64,000 nucleotides of DNA from Podarcis gaigeae. Its lineage: Eukaryota. Shown here piece by piece: positions 39,919-53,000 of the stretch. The translations under genes and the position numbers were made by a program. The notes under the pieces are model-generated. The model was not told the origin of the DNA, did not search any database, and saw only the letters and a program-made list of their open reading frames with translations. Location of the stretch: the NCBI GenBank assembly GCA_964106915.2, contig OZ066919.1. One strand, written 5' to 3'. The stretch's first letter is position 1; every line of letters begins with the position of its first letter.

Positions 39919-40253
39919 AAATCTTACAAATGAGCTCCTGAAAAAGTGGGGGCAGTCATGTAGACTTTTTCTGAAATATGATCAAGTGAGGGTTGCGTGA
40001 GGCCGGTGCCACTAGTAGTGCACATAGTAGCAAGGAAATGTTGTTTCTTGTTGCCCTAGAGATCTGGTCTTTAGAGAATACTTGTCAACTCCCAGTAGAC
40101 AGATGAACTGCAAGTGTTTTTTATGGCCAGCTTTCGAGTGATTCATATTGCTGTAATAATATCTCAAATATTAATGGGTTTACTTCCTATTATTCTGCAG
40201 AGGGAGATGCTGTATTGTCCTGCTGGAAGGAAAAGTAAGAAATAACTATATAG

Positions 40254-40260
40254 ACACACA

Positions 40261-40312
<52 letters not shown>
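40254..40312. repeat. Compound (CA)n(GA)n microsatellite
   Basis: Direct observation. Confidence 0.95.
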
Positions 40313-40315
<3 letters not shown>

Positions 40316-40824
40316 GGCTGCTGCCCCTGCTCGCTCTGCCCGTGAACCACGCTTACCCGCCAATCCCTTGCCAACCCTCTTTCACCACACCTGCCTAACC
40401 CCTCATCCCTTTACACCTGACCAAAGCCCCTGCCTTTACACCACACCCATTTCCTTGCCTATTCCCTCACAGCTTGCCCCAACCCCTTTTAAAGGAGGGT
40501 GGGAGGCACGTCAGAAAGTGGGCTGGCAAACTGCTCCCTGAAACACCTCTCCCCTTCTGAGAAAACTCACTCCAGCAGCATTTAATAGTGAGGGGCTGCC
40601 GTTTCAGAGTGACTTGGCAAAGTGCTTCCCTTTCCACCCCCTGTTAAACAGCTTACCTGGGCTGCCTGTCACCTGCATTGCTTGCTGGCTTTTCTGCCCA
40701 CATGTCCTTTTGTTGTCACACTGGAGTTGGTGTGGCCACCTGCTGGTGACCACCTGAACTACAACATGACTTCAGCCTTACATTTTTCTGTCTATAGGAA
40801 GAAGTGCATGTATGTATTATGGTG

Positions 40825-40967
40825 NNNNNNNNNNNNNNNNNNNNNNNNNNNNNNNNNNNNNNNNNNNNNNNNNNNNNNNNNNNNNNNNNNNNNNNNNNNN
40901 NNNNNNNNNNNNNNNNNNNNNNNNNNNNNNNNNNNNNNNNNNNNNNNNNNNNNNNNNNNNNNNNNNN
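40825..40967. other. Assembly gap (143 N)
   Basis: Run of N. Confidence 1.
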
Positions 40968-43572
40968 ATGTCTACACAGAAGCAAGTCTCATTGTTTCCA
41001 GTGGCGTTTACTTCCAGGAAATTATGTATAGAATAGCAGTCTTCCAGTATAATTCTATGATTATCTAATCAGAAAGATGTCCCATTGAATTCCTTAGGGC
41101 TTACTCCCAGGTAAGTGGGTATATATATTTGCAGCCTTACATTGCAGTCCAAACTTAGTAGATCCCAGATTGACTAAGCCTCTCCCTGCCCCAGAATTCT
41201 TGGCATGTGGAATGGGGAGCTCTGCACAGGTGAGTGATGTTGAAGCCTAGCAGGGCTGGGCCAGGGGCAGTGCATCCCATTTCACTGCCTGAGGAGAACT
41301 GGGAAGGTATTACACCCCTGTCCCCAAAGCCTGAAAGCTCACTTACCTGGATTGTGTGGCAGCACCCCTGAAGATGCTGCTTCTTTGGGTTCTGCTGCCT
41401 GAGGCAGCTGCTTCAGCTTGTCTCATGGGTGGGCCAGATGTAGCCAGCTAAGTTTGGCTTCAACAAGCCTTTTTTCAGGCCACAGCTACAGTTCAGGTTT
41501 ACTCTTGTCTGTTTTACAAATGTCTGTTTTGCATGCTCTTTCTAATGCTATTGTATTTGGTCTTTGTGTTGGGTCTTCAGTCAGTGGGATCGTTGTCTGA
41601 TCACATTGAGTCTTCCGTCAGGATGCATTGCAGGGGATCAGACCCTTGGGTCTCTTTCAACTTCTATTATTCTATGTTTCACTTCCTTTATTGCAATCTT
41701 TCCAGATCTTCAGCTCACCCATTGGTTTTCTAGATCACGACAGAAAATTAAGTAGCTGCCATCTTGTTGACTGGGCCAAATCTGTGGAGTTATTTAGGGG
41801 TGGCGGCAATAGTGGGGAAATCAGCAAACTTTCTCGAAATGGGAGGAGCCCAAAATTCCCAAATGTTGGATTGGCAGGAGTTCTGCCCATGTACATTTTC
41901 GTGACATTGCAAGATGGGAAAGAGAAAAGTTTTCTGTATTCAGTTTCCAGTGCAGTAATAATGTGCCTGTGCTCTGCTTTTACATGTTATCAAAGTGCTC
42001 CAGACACTATAGGAAGGATACAGGTGCTGCAGACGGACAGTGTGATGTAGTGGTTAAAGGGCTGGACTAGATCTGGGGAGACCCTGGTTCAAGCCACTAT
42101 GAATCTCATCTTCTGCCTGTTGTTGTCCCTCAAAGCACAACCCATTTTGCAAGGTTGTTGAAAGGGTAAAAGTGGTGGTGAAAAACTATGAGTTCTGTGG
42201 TGGAATGCAGGGATATGGATGTAAATAAATAAATAGATGCATGCATGGAAAGTGACTTGGCATGCCTTGGATCACAAAAAGTGTATTATTGGAAAACTTC
42301 CTTCTTTGCTGTTTTCATTGTGAACAGTTACTATAGGGGTTCTCCAAGGAACGTGCTGTTGGTTTCCTTTACATCTGAGACATCTGGAGATAGTAAATCA
42401 GCACATGCAATTTGTGTGGCTCCTCTTCCTGTAGGATCCTTTAGCTAGGGACAGCTGCAGGTGCCTTCTGTCCTGAGTTGTCGTATAACCTTGCTCTGGC
42501 AATTTCTCCATTCACTCTCCTGTGCTAATACAGTAATTCTGTTGCAGCAAATGGTATAGAAAGCAGTGAAATCTAATGCTGCTCCCAGAAGGATTCACCC
42601 TCCCTCTCTCTCTCCCTCTCCTCACACCATCTCTTGGAATGCTGCTCTCAGGATGATCTAGGAGAAGATGGATAGACCCATGTGTTTCTGTCAGGTGCCT
42701 CCTGCCAGACAGCTAATCAGACAGATGGAAACTTCAGGTAGCTTTCTCTGACCTGTGAGGACTGACCTGCAGCACAGAGTGGGAAGAAGGCGGCTTGAGA
42801 AGAGACCTCTCACCTTCCATTCCATCTGGCAGACCCCACCCTTTCACCATTGTCAGTTTCTTAATAACGTAATTGATCAATGGGCATGGGACTGTCGGCT
42901 TTGTAATGGCTGGCCATTTCAGAGGAGTAATTAATGCACTTGCATGACCCTGTATCAATGGCAGACACTTCAAAAGTACACAGTCCTTTTGCTTTGAGAG
43001 ATTGTATTACATGAGAATGCCCCTGTGATGTCAGGGTTCACCTCCTATGTAGGATGGCAATGATAAATAGAGAAGTTTCTTCCATAGCTCATTTCCTATC
43101 CACCTGTTTCTTTATCGACTAGTCACTGAGATCAGTGGTACAGTTAGGTAATCTTAGACTGGACTAACAGCACAGAGTCAATGATCTTATGGAGACCCAT
43201 TTCCTGTTTCATCAATAAAGGTTATTACTTCCTTCAAGAAGCTGTAAGACCTAAGTTATCCCTGTTTGGGGACTCTCCCACTCATTGTGTGCCCTGGAAA
43301 TCTGCCCTGAAGTCTGGCTTTGACAGCACCACTGACTGTGTTATCTACTGACTCCTATATAAGCACACACACTACATTCATTTAAACACAAAGCTGCCTC
43401 TTTTCTTAAGTACCTGTCTCTTCTCTTTAGTGGCTTTCTCCCCCCCCCCCAATTTTTTGTCCATTCCCTTTAAAAAACAAACAAACATATTTCAATTCAG
43501 TCTGTCCATGTATAACTCTTGTTTACATTATGTGGTCACACAGCTTAGAATTATCCTGGACAGAATTAATCT

Positions 43573-43946
43573 GGAAGCGGGTGGTGCTGTGGTCTAAACC
43601 GCTGAGCCTCTTGGGCTTGCTGATCAGAAGGTTGACGGTTCGAATCTGCGCAACAGTGGTGAGCTCCTGTTGCTCTCTCCCAGCTTCTGCCAACCTAGAA
43701 ATTCGAAAGCATGCCAATGCAAGTAGATAAATAGGTACTGCTGTGGTGGGAAGGTAAATGGTGTTTCTGTGCACTCTGGCTTCCATCACAGTGTCCTGTT
43801 GTGCCAGAAGTGGTTTAGTCATTCTGGCCACATGACTCGGAAAGCTGTCTGCGGACAAACGCTGGCTCCCTCAGCCTGTAGAGAGATGAGCGCCACACCC
43901 CATAGTCACCTTTGACTGGTCTTAACCGTCCAGGGGTCCTTTACCT
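43573..43946 (+). mobile_element. Sauria SINE, older and more diverged subfamily
   Basis: Colinear with 4617-4980 (ggtggtgctgtggtctaaacc...ggttcgaatc...tgcaagtagataaatagg...caggggtcctttacct), with many CpG decays. Confidence 0.88.
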
Positions 43947-44796
43947 GCAAAACATCCCCCTTCCTTGTGTGCAATAATTGGATATGCCCCCATCAAATAT
44001 GAAAGGTGTTCTGAGTAAAGTATACTGCTGCTTTAAATTTAAGAACAACACATATAGCCCAATCTTATACATGTTTACTCAGAAACAAATCCTGCTGAGT
44101 TCCCCAGTAAGCATGCAGACAATTGCAGGTTTCGTTTTAGTGTATTGTGTGAGACACAAAGGGAGCAAGCAGGGGATGGATGGACATTCAGCTGAATATC
44201 TCTTGAGAATCTGACTGGTGAACGAAGGATGGTGGTAAATTGCCTGCTTACTTCTTTTGTGCCAGAAAGAGCAATCTGAAGGAGAATTGGAATCAATCCA
44301 AACTCCCACCGGAGTAGGCTGAGGTCAGAGGAGAACGTGGAAGGTTATTTTGCCTTAAAGAGTGGCTCAAGCTAATGCCCGCGAACATCTCTGCCGGCAT
44401 CGATCATGAAGACGAGGCCAGTTCCATTCCCTGTTCAGTTGCCTCTACTAATAAATGTCTTCGGCTTCCTCCATAAAAGTTTCACACAGTGTTTGTGTGA
44501 GAGAAAGATTAGAGACCCAGCAGAGCAAATGCCCAGAAGTAATTTCTCTAGAACCAGAACAGACTCCATCCTTCCCCCTCCCCCTCATAATGGCTTGTCT
44601 GTGTACAAGAAAAACCTTGTCTGTTTTATTGGTATCTTTTAATTCCCTTCATTGCAGCTCCTTATGTTTCTGTCTGGCTGATTTGTGTTTATAGTAAGGT
44701 GGCTTCCCATGCATCACAAAAAAGAGGATGAAAGGTGACAAAAGAGGAGACAGATTGGCAAAGATTGATGTACATATATTGATGTGTATGGGGTGT

Positions 44797-45614
44797 TAGG
44801 GGAGGGGTAGTACCTGCCAGGCTTCTTCTGGGGTAATCTGTCCACCTTTGGTCCCCACCCTGCACTCAGCTCTCACCTGCGGCTCCTAGAAGCTGTCAGC
44901 ATGTGACCATAGCCACACCCTGGGAAACAGCTTTAACTGGTCAGCTAAACCAGGTGAGAGTAGTCGATGTGTCTCAAACCCTCTGTGCATTAAGGACTTC
45001 CCCTTGCCTGTGAAGTCAGGCTCTGGTAGATGAGGCCAACAGATGAGGCCAACAGTGGGTCCAATGGTCAAGAAGGTGGTTTCTGCATGTGTTGTAGAGG
45101 GAAGTGAGGGGCAGATGGGGTTCATCAACCTGGGAAGGGAGCCATGTAAGAAAAGAAATACTCTGATCCCAGATCTCTGATGCCTTGCAGTTATTTGTCA
45201 AAAAGGCTTCAGGAGTAAACCCTGAGTTAAAGTCCATACCCGATGCCTTTGAGAGAAGAAAGGTCTAAGGAGTAAACCCTTCACAAATCCAGAGTGGAGC
45301 CTTTAAACAGTTGAATGGCGCCTTGTACACTTCCTTCTGACAACTCCTGGAGCCAAGCTGCTGCCAAACGTATTGCTCTGCTTTCCTTTGGACCACATCA
45401 ACGAAGCCCATTGTCTTGTTGTCTGGGCAGCTGAGGACCTCCATACACACTGCCCAGGCTTGTGCCCTGGAGAGGTCACTTCGGTGCTGCTAACATAGCG
45501 AAAACAATGTGGGAGGCAGCAGTTATGAGTTGCTGGTCTCTGCAGCCATGGCAGGTGCTGTGATTCTCCAGTGGTTTGATTTCCCCCTTGGAGGTGCACT
45601 CCAGTGTATCTTGA
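44797..45614 (+). mobile_element. Possible non-autonomous RTE-like retroelement (5'UTR-like sequence)
   Basis: Composition differs from the flanks. The motif ctgggaagggagcca..taagaaaagaaatactctgat loosely resembles RTE-clade 5'UTRs. Internal direct repeat aggagtaaaccct (45211, 45268). Runs into a gap. Confidence 0.3.
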
Positions 45615-45771
45615 NNNNNNNNNNNNNNNNNNNNNNNNNNNNNNNNNNNNNNNNNNNNNNNNNNNNNNNNNNNNNNNNNNNNNNNNNNNNNNNNNNNNNN
45701 NNNNNNNNNNNNNNNNNNNNNNNNNNNNNNNNNNNNNNNNNNNNNNNNNNNNNNNNNNNNNNNNNNNNNNN
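45615..45771. other. Assembly gap (157 N)
   Basis: Run of N. Confidence 1.
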
Positions 45772-45910
45772 GTGGGGGAAACTGTGTGACCAGGTGATGT
45801 GCATTTTCTCAGTCTACTGTCCAGGTTCTAGCAGTTGATGGGCAACATCAAGACTCCTGTTCTTCCTTCATATGGGTCTTTGGGTGGCATTCAATGGAGC
45901 ACCACAGGTT

Positions 45911-45940
45911 CCCATCCCATCCCATCCCATCCCATCCCAT
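45911..45940. repeat. (CCCAT)n pentanucleotide repeat
   Basis: Six units, direct observation. Confidence 0.9.
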
Positions 45941-48900
45941 TCTAATCCATAGCCAAACTGCTATCTGGCACTTCCTGTGCATTTCCGCAGGGCAGCATCT
46001 TGGTGTAAAGAGATGGTGCCTGGAAGACCAGTAGGATGGAGACTAAAGGAGGCTGAATGTGCTTGTGGTTCAGGGTGGAGTTTGATGGGCAGATAGAGTG
46101 AACAAAGGAACCTTTTGAGCCAAATAGAAAGGAACTTGTCTGCTTATGCTAGCACTTCAATCTGATATTTTACTCCTCCCTGGAGAGCCTGAGGAGGCAG
46201 CTAAAACGCCATATCAAGCCCTGAGACCTGACAAGCTTGTTGAAAGAATCCTAGGCTGCTGGGATTTGTAAAAGAAACCAATTCCTTCCCAGAGCCTTGT
46301 TTTGCCTGGGCATCGCTGGAGCTGAACGGGGTGTGGGAGACTCTGATATCTTCATCCGATTAGTCAGATCTGAAGCAATTACAACTTCATTAGCTAAATA
46401 GGCTCTTCTGTTTCCCACCCTCACCACTTCAAGGCTTTGCCCTTGGGATCCTGCTGTTAAGAGCTGCACAGAGGAAGGCTAGAGTAGGAGGAGGAGGAGA
46501 GCTGCATGGTGCTGGCCAAGATAAGGGGAGAAGAAGCATTGCATACAGCTCATTTGTCAGGCCTGAAATGGAGAAGGGAGATCTGGGTTGAAAAGGAGCT
46601 ATAAGAGACATCAATTTAACATGCTTTGATATTTCTCTTGCTTTCAGAGACTCATAGTATATGGAGGGACCTTCAAGATCATAAAACACTCCAGGGGCCA
46701 GCCTTAGGTAAAAAATGAGGGGACAAACTCAGGGGACAGAGGGTGGGAGGCAGTGGTGGCAGGCCATGAAGTGAAGAGTTTAAGCAATGAAAAAGGACAA
46801 TATTATAAACAGTTTAAAACAAACTACAGTCATAAGAATAGGATGGGTCCATCTATCTGTCTCTCTGATGTGTCAAAGGGCAGAGTAAAGAGATACATCT
46901 TCAGGATTCATCATGCAAGTTGAGAGTTCCTTCTTCCATGTAATGAATTAGATTTGCACACATTTGCATAAGGGTAAAAACAGTACTGAAGCAAGAAGTG
47001 TACTCTTTGTTTTTATATGACACAAAAGTTTCATAGCAAAAATCATTCTAGAAGATCATTCTACATGTGTGAGGGAAGGCAAGATGCTTCTTTGAAAAGG
47101 TCACCTACAATTTTTATATTGTACTTGCATAGAGCTTTGAAGTTTTCAAAGTGCATCAGATGCATTATCTATTTGTAATCTTTACAAGCAACCCTGCAAG
47201 GTAAGTCAGGTTTCTTATGCTTCATTTTGCAGGGGCAGGGGCAGTGGCGGCGGCTTTCTTAAGGCCATACAGTTAGTTCACAGCAGAGGTGAGATTTGAG
47301 CTAGGGACCTCCAGATTCATTGTTTATCCTCTTAGCCACCACACCAGCTCTCATAAGCATTTGCATCAATAATATTTTTTCTATAGAATTAGGAATGGAC
47401 ACAGGTGGGGAGCCCCAGGCAGTCAATTAGTATAAGTCGCTCACAAATCACCAGAGAAAACTAAGGGTGGAATTCAGTGGGGTATGTGTGTGAGAAATGC
47501 AGTAGGACTTTCATCCCACAGACCTCCCCCAAACCTGTTCTGGGTTTTCCCCAACCCCCCAGAGTAGATATAGGGGGCTTGAGCAATGGAGACGGGATAA
47601 AAGTCCTGTTGCATGAACAGACCTCATTCCATGAATGCCAACTACTTAGCTGAATTCTGCCCACACATTGGGAATCTCCATTATCCAGTAGCATATCAAT
47701 TTGAGACCTCTCCAGGGGTATCTAGGTGGTCAGTTAGAACAAGATTCTGGACTAGATGGGCCACTGGCTTAATTTAGTGGGGATCTTTGTATGTTCTTGT
47801 TAGACCCTCACTATATTCATAGTCAGAGATATAAAATAGTAGAAAATGAATCTGTATTCCTTGGTGTGATGGACACTGAGCAGTGTAATATTTTGGAATG
47901 AGAATTCTGGGATGGACAAAGTCCTTCTTTGTCTGAAGTCATGACCCAGTGTTCATTTGCCAAGCAGAGCTCAGCTCTTAGGTACAATGGGGCTGTTATC
48001 TAAGTGGATCCATGGGATGAGAAACCAAGGAGCAGGCAGAAGCTCACAGGAGCAATCAATATAAGGTCTATTTCGCAGGCTTTTACTTAGATTGTGCTAT
48101 TCCTGAAATAGAGAGCAGCTGGGATCTAACTGGATTGCCTTGGGGAGTGAAATGATATTTAACTATTATGGTAACGCGACACCCCTTGAGTGGGTTGTCA
48201 TCAGCATGGATTGAATGGGGACTGGGGAGGGAGACTGTGCCTTCGGAGTGCAGATGAGAACTCCTGCCTTTTTGAAAGCATTTTGCATTCTGAGTTCTTG
48301 ACAGAAAAGGCCCTCCATTCTCCCCATCTTCTAATCATCCATTGCAAGCGATCTTTTTCACATCATTGAGCAGTTCTTCAAATGAAAAGGAAGCTGTGCA
48401 GCTACTGAACAGAGAGCAGCACTTGGGTGTGTGTGTAGGAAGAAACACCCATAACCATTTAACAGAGCACCAGGGTCTTCCAATCTCTGAGCTGCTCCAT
48501 CTGTTAATATAATTTTCCATAAGGCAAGATTTCACTCAGACCTTCTCCGGCTCCTGTACATTTATTGACAGCTGGCTTTGCTCTTTCCTAAATGGACGCT
48601 TGCTTATGCATCACCTATATGATTTCCCCTTGCAGTCGTTTGTCAGGTAGCATATGCCATTTCGAAATGGCAGAAGGGCAGAGAGATGACCGAAGCAGTA
48701 CAGATCGTTAGCTGCACCTCGGGAAGACAGCCTTTGAAAACCACTCTTGCAATGTTTTCAAGCATCAGGGTAGCTTTTGACTTTTTGTTTATCTCCCTTC
48801 TATCAAAAGGTGGTTTCACTCCATACTACCCCAGGGTGGCCAAGTGTCCTACTTTACAAGGCATTTAAAGGCAGTGCTCTAGTTGAAGGACTATCCAGTC

Positions 48901-50071
48901 CAAGTCCTGTTTAAAGTGAAAGAAGCATAAGAAGCAGTCTTGAAGTTGCCCATTGACACTTAACATCTGGAAAACAAACTGAGCAGGCACAAAGATCACC
49001 TGAGCACAGCTTTCCCAACAATGGTGAGCTGTACTGTATTTCTATTTAAGTTAGAGTTATCATTTTTTTAAATTTGTGCCTAAGCATAAAAATTAATGTA
49101 TACAATTTTTATGCAACTATGTCCTCTTTTTTCCCTTTCCCTTTTGACTCTGTGTAAGTGGCCACACTATACCACCCAACGATGATGTGAGTTTCCTGGT
49201 TTGTGTACTTGCCACAGGAAACTGTAGCCCATCAGGACCTCCTTTTAGCATTCACCCATAATAATTGCTTGTTTGTAAGTGATGAATCTTACATTTTAGC
49301 GTGCACAATATCAGGCAATTTCTGATATGCCAACTTACCTTGAAGGGTTTTTGTAGGGATGTTCTGAGATAATGGGGATGAAGTATCTTGAACATTCCAC
49401 GAATTATAAAAGTATATATATCATCACCATTAATATTACTAGCCAACTGACATCAAATATAAAGTTAACTTTAATTTCTTCCAACCTGGTGTTGATTTTG
49501 CCAACTGGGCTTAGTAAACCAGATGCTAAAAATAAATGCCGTATAACTTTTCAGAGCATTTCCATTAGAAGCCACAAAACACTACATATGGCAGAACTGT
49601 TTGATGCAGATGCATACATAGTTACAAGAAAGCTAATATTGAAAGTGTTCTGTTTTATCACTCACATTTGATTTAATAACTTTTTGGCTTCGAGCACTGC
49701 AGAAAACAGAAGAAAAAATAGTGAGCAAAACATACCAACATTTATGCCAGCACTGCTTTTTTTTTTTGCATGTGAAAGTCAGCCATTTTGCATGTGAAAT
49801 TTGCTAAGAAAGCATTTGCCCGTGAAACCATCTCTGCCAGCTATTTATTTAGTCTTTGCTGCTCCTTTTCAAAAAGAAACGTCTTTGGCTATTTTCAGCA
49901 ATGATAGCTACAGCCTGATCCTCAAGAGCCCTGTGTTCAGTGATATGAGCAAGGAACTGATCTATCTAACCATTTCAGATTCCAGCTACCAACCTAGCTG
50001 CGGGGCCATTCTTCCTCTCTTGCGTAGGAGACAAATGAATGTCGTACTTGGCATCTCTTCTGAACAATATT

Positions 50072-50077
50072 TTTATT
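50072..50077 (-). terminator. Candidate NFASC polyadenylation signal
   Basis: AATAAA on the minus strand, with UGUA about 20 nt upstream (tttgtataga) and a U/GU-rich stretch downstream (ttcatttgtctcc). Confidence 0.4.
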
Positions 50078-53000
50078 ATGTTTAGTGTTCTCTATACAAA
50101 AAGAAAATCAGTTTTCTTTACAGTGATTCAAAAACATTTCTGAATATTTTGGCCTTTTTCAAATCGCTCATGCAGTCCATATATTAAACATGTCTCCGTA
50201 GTCTGTAAAGCTACTCACTGTAAGTCATTCTTTACAGTCTCAGATATGCATTCATCTATTGGAAAGCAAATTAACACAGAATGTCCTTTTTTTATTTGTT
50301 TAAAAAGAAGGCAAATAATTACATAGAATGTATTGGAGCAATGGGGAGGACTTTAAAGAACAGGGTGTGTGTGTGAGTGTGGATATTTACAAATTAAAAA
50401 CAAACAAAACAAACAGAAAGCAGTACAATAATTTGTTGGTGGTGTTTGAAACCTCCATAGTGCAAAGGGTGGTCTCTCCGCTTTCATCGGTTCAACACGA
50501 GGGGGTGGGGGCCCAAGACTGCCTTCTGACATCACGATCATACCATGAAATTTGCTTGAAAGGGACAGATCAAGAGAGAGGCACTCCTGGGTTACATGGA
50601 GAGCCACATGACATTCTGGATTTCTTACTATCAGAAAAGTCTTCTTCTTATTTAAGATGAGCTGCAATGCGTAAAAGAAAATGGATTTCACATTTTATTA
50701 CTATCATTATTATTATTATTGCTTAGCTGAAGACTTTTGACGCTAGCATAGAATTAAGCCTGGTGCAAGGCATGCTTCCTTTATAGGTCAAAGTCAATAT
50801 TCCACATTTCACATTCTCTACATTCCGGGAAGTGAAAGTAAGGTTTGTTTTCTTTCCTGCAGCTGCTATAGCTGAGATGAGGGGAAAGGCCGCAATAGGT
50901 CCTTATGAGTCAGGTGAAACACGTAAACAAGAAGCTGAGCCCTAATGGAAATCAATGACTGGCACTCTCCTCGGATATTCCTGACAGGTAACAGGGTTGT
51001 ATCTTGTTTAGACACATGAATCCAGGTCATTATAGGCAGATCGATGGCAGGGGTCAGGACTCTGTTATGCTAGTTGACCTGTGGGTCACTTCTACAGGGT
51101 GGTAATTGAGTGGAAAGACAATGTCAGGATTGTCCAAGATCATGTTTCCTTTGCTGTAATTGTAGCATCACCAGCACACAAGGCAGAATATGTGTCTCCC
51201 CTACTCTAATGTTCCACAGAAGGTGAAGGTGTTCATTTAACTGCCAAACTGCCACACACAAAATAAGCTATGGAGATTGCCTCCTCTTTGAACTTGCTGG
51301 CTCAACTTAGCAACAGTGAAGGCAGGCAACAACATCTGGAACTGCCTGCAATTTCCCCAAAACATGAAGGATCTGCATAACAGACAAATGGGTCAGATCT
51401 TTATTTGTAAAGTTAAAAATGGAAATAAACCTATTATAGTTTTCAACAAAAGACATGAATGGTATAATGGGTTACTGAGTGGCATAGCTGATGTGGTTAC
51501 ATGAGCCAACATCTCAATAACCTCTGGAGTCAGGAACAGGAAACTGTTCAAAATGTCAGATGTTACTACACCTGCCTGGTATGCAGGATGAGCATAGGGG
51601 AACAGGTTCCATATCTGCTGTGATAAGTTTGCAGTGTGCTCTTTCACTAATCCTTACGATTGGAATAAGGATGGGGAATCTGTGATCATCCAGATGTTGG
51701 GCTCCAACTCCCATCGGCCCCAAGCAGTGTGCCCAATGGTGAGGGATGATGGAACTTGCTGTGGTCCATCATCTGAAGGGCCACAGGTTCCCTATCCCTG
51801 TATCTCAGCAGCCTTCGCAGTCGAGAAGACTATAGATGATGTTTCAACAATGGCTGCCTACTTCTCCGACTGTGTTGCTTGCACCACACTCAATTCTTAA
51901 AGTGGAACACGTCAGTGAAGATTTGTTCAGATTGTTAGTCTCTTGGATGGGGCTAAGAGGACTGCTAAAGGCAATTCCACAGGAAAATGCTTGTCTCCTA
52001 GCATAATGAATATTAAGTTGCAGAATTGGACCTGCTATCAGGTGTAAGACAGGAGGAAGAGCAGAATTCAAATTAGATAGATGGATCTCTCTCTCTCTTT
52101 AATTCACTCTCTCTTTAGCCTATGCAATCAGGTCTTCTTGAGGCAGTCAACTATCAAACTGGCCCCAAAGTCAGTGAGCACCCTATAGTATTTGAAACCT
52201 TGTGTCTTGCCCCTAGCTTAACAAAGCTTGCCACATCCCTCTCAAATATTTTATCCCATCCAAGTGCTAAGTAGGTCCAACACCCATTAGCTTCCAAGAT
52301 CAAATGGCATCAGGTGTGTTCACAGTGGCATGGAAGTATGCCTCTGAAAACTTAACTAAAAGTAGTATCTACAACACAATATGCATTGTGCCTGGTTTCA
52401 TAGCTGCATTTAACAATAGTCTTAGATGTTATTTTATTGTAAACGCATTGCTGTTGATGGAAGCGACCTCAAATACTGTGCATGAGACAGAGATATAAAC
52501 CTTTTCAATAAAATACAATAAAGTCTACTTATGGCTGTCTGTTCTATAGCAGTGGTTAAAGAAGCCGTCAACGCATGCCACATTTTGTCCATTGTTTGGT
52601 TTCCCTCAATACTCAGCAACGGTAAGAGCCTTTCCAGCTGATCTCTTTTCATTTTGCATAAAAGCATTTGCTGCTCATTCAGACTCCCAGATGTTGTTGT
52701 TTTCAAGGTAGAACTCTGTATAGGAATGTTGCATATTCTCAGCACTCAAAACTGTATTTTAAAACTGGGAAATACAATCTTTCTCCTGGGTAGCATGCAA
52801 TGTGCAATTCTTAGTGTTGTGTGGAATGTGGCTAGTCAGGACTGGCAGCTTGGCCTCACAACCATGGGAGCCTGGAACCATGGGTGCCATGTAGTGTGCA
52901 TGGCCCTGGCACCTAAATTTGTGGGTGTCCAGTACCTTCATGGGGAATTTTGTGGGTGTCCAAGCACCCAGGACCCCAGGAAGTTGGCACCTATGTGGAT

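Noticed and set aside
48655-48672. Perfect 18-bp palindrome tgccatttcgaaatggca
   Set aside because: About 0.25 such palindromes are expected by chance in 64 kb (64000/4^9); no further support.
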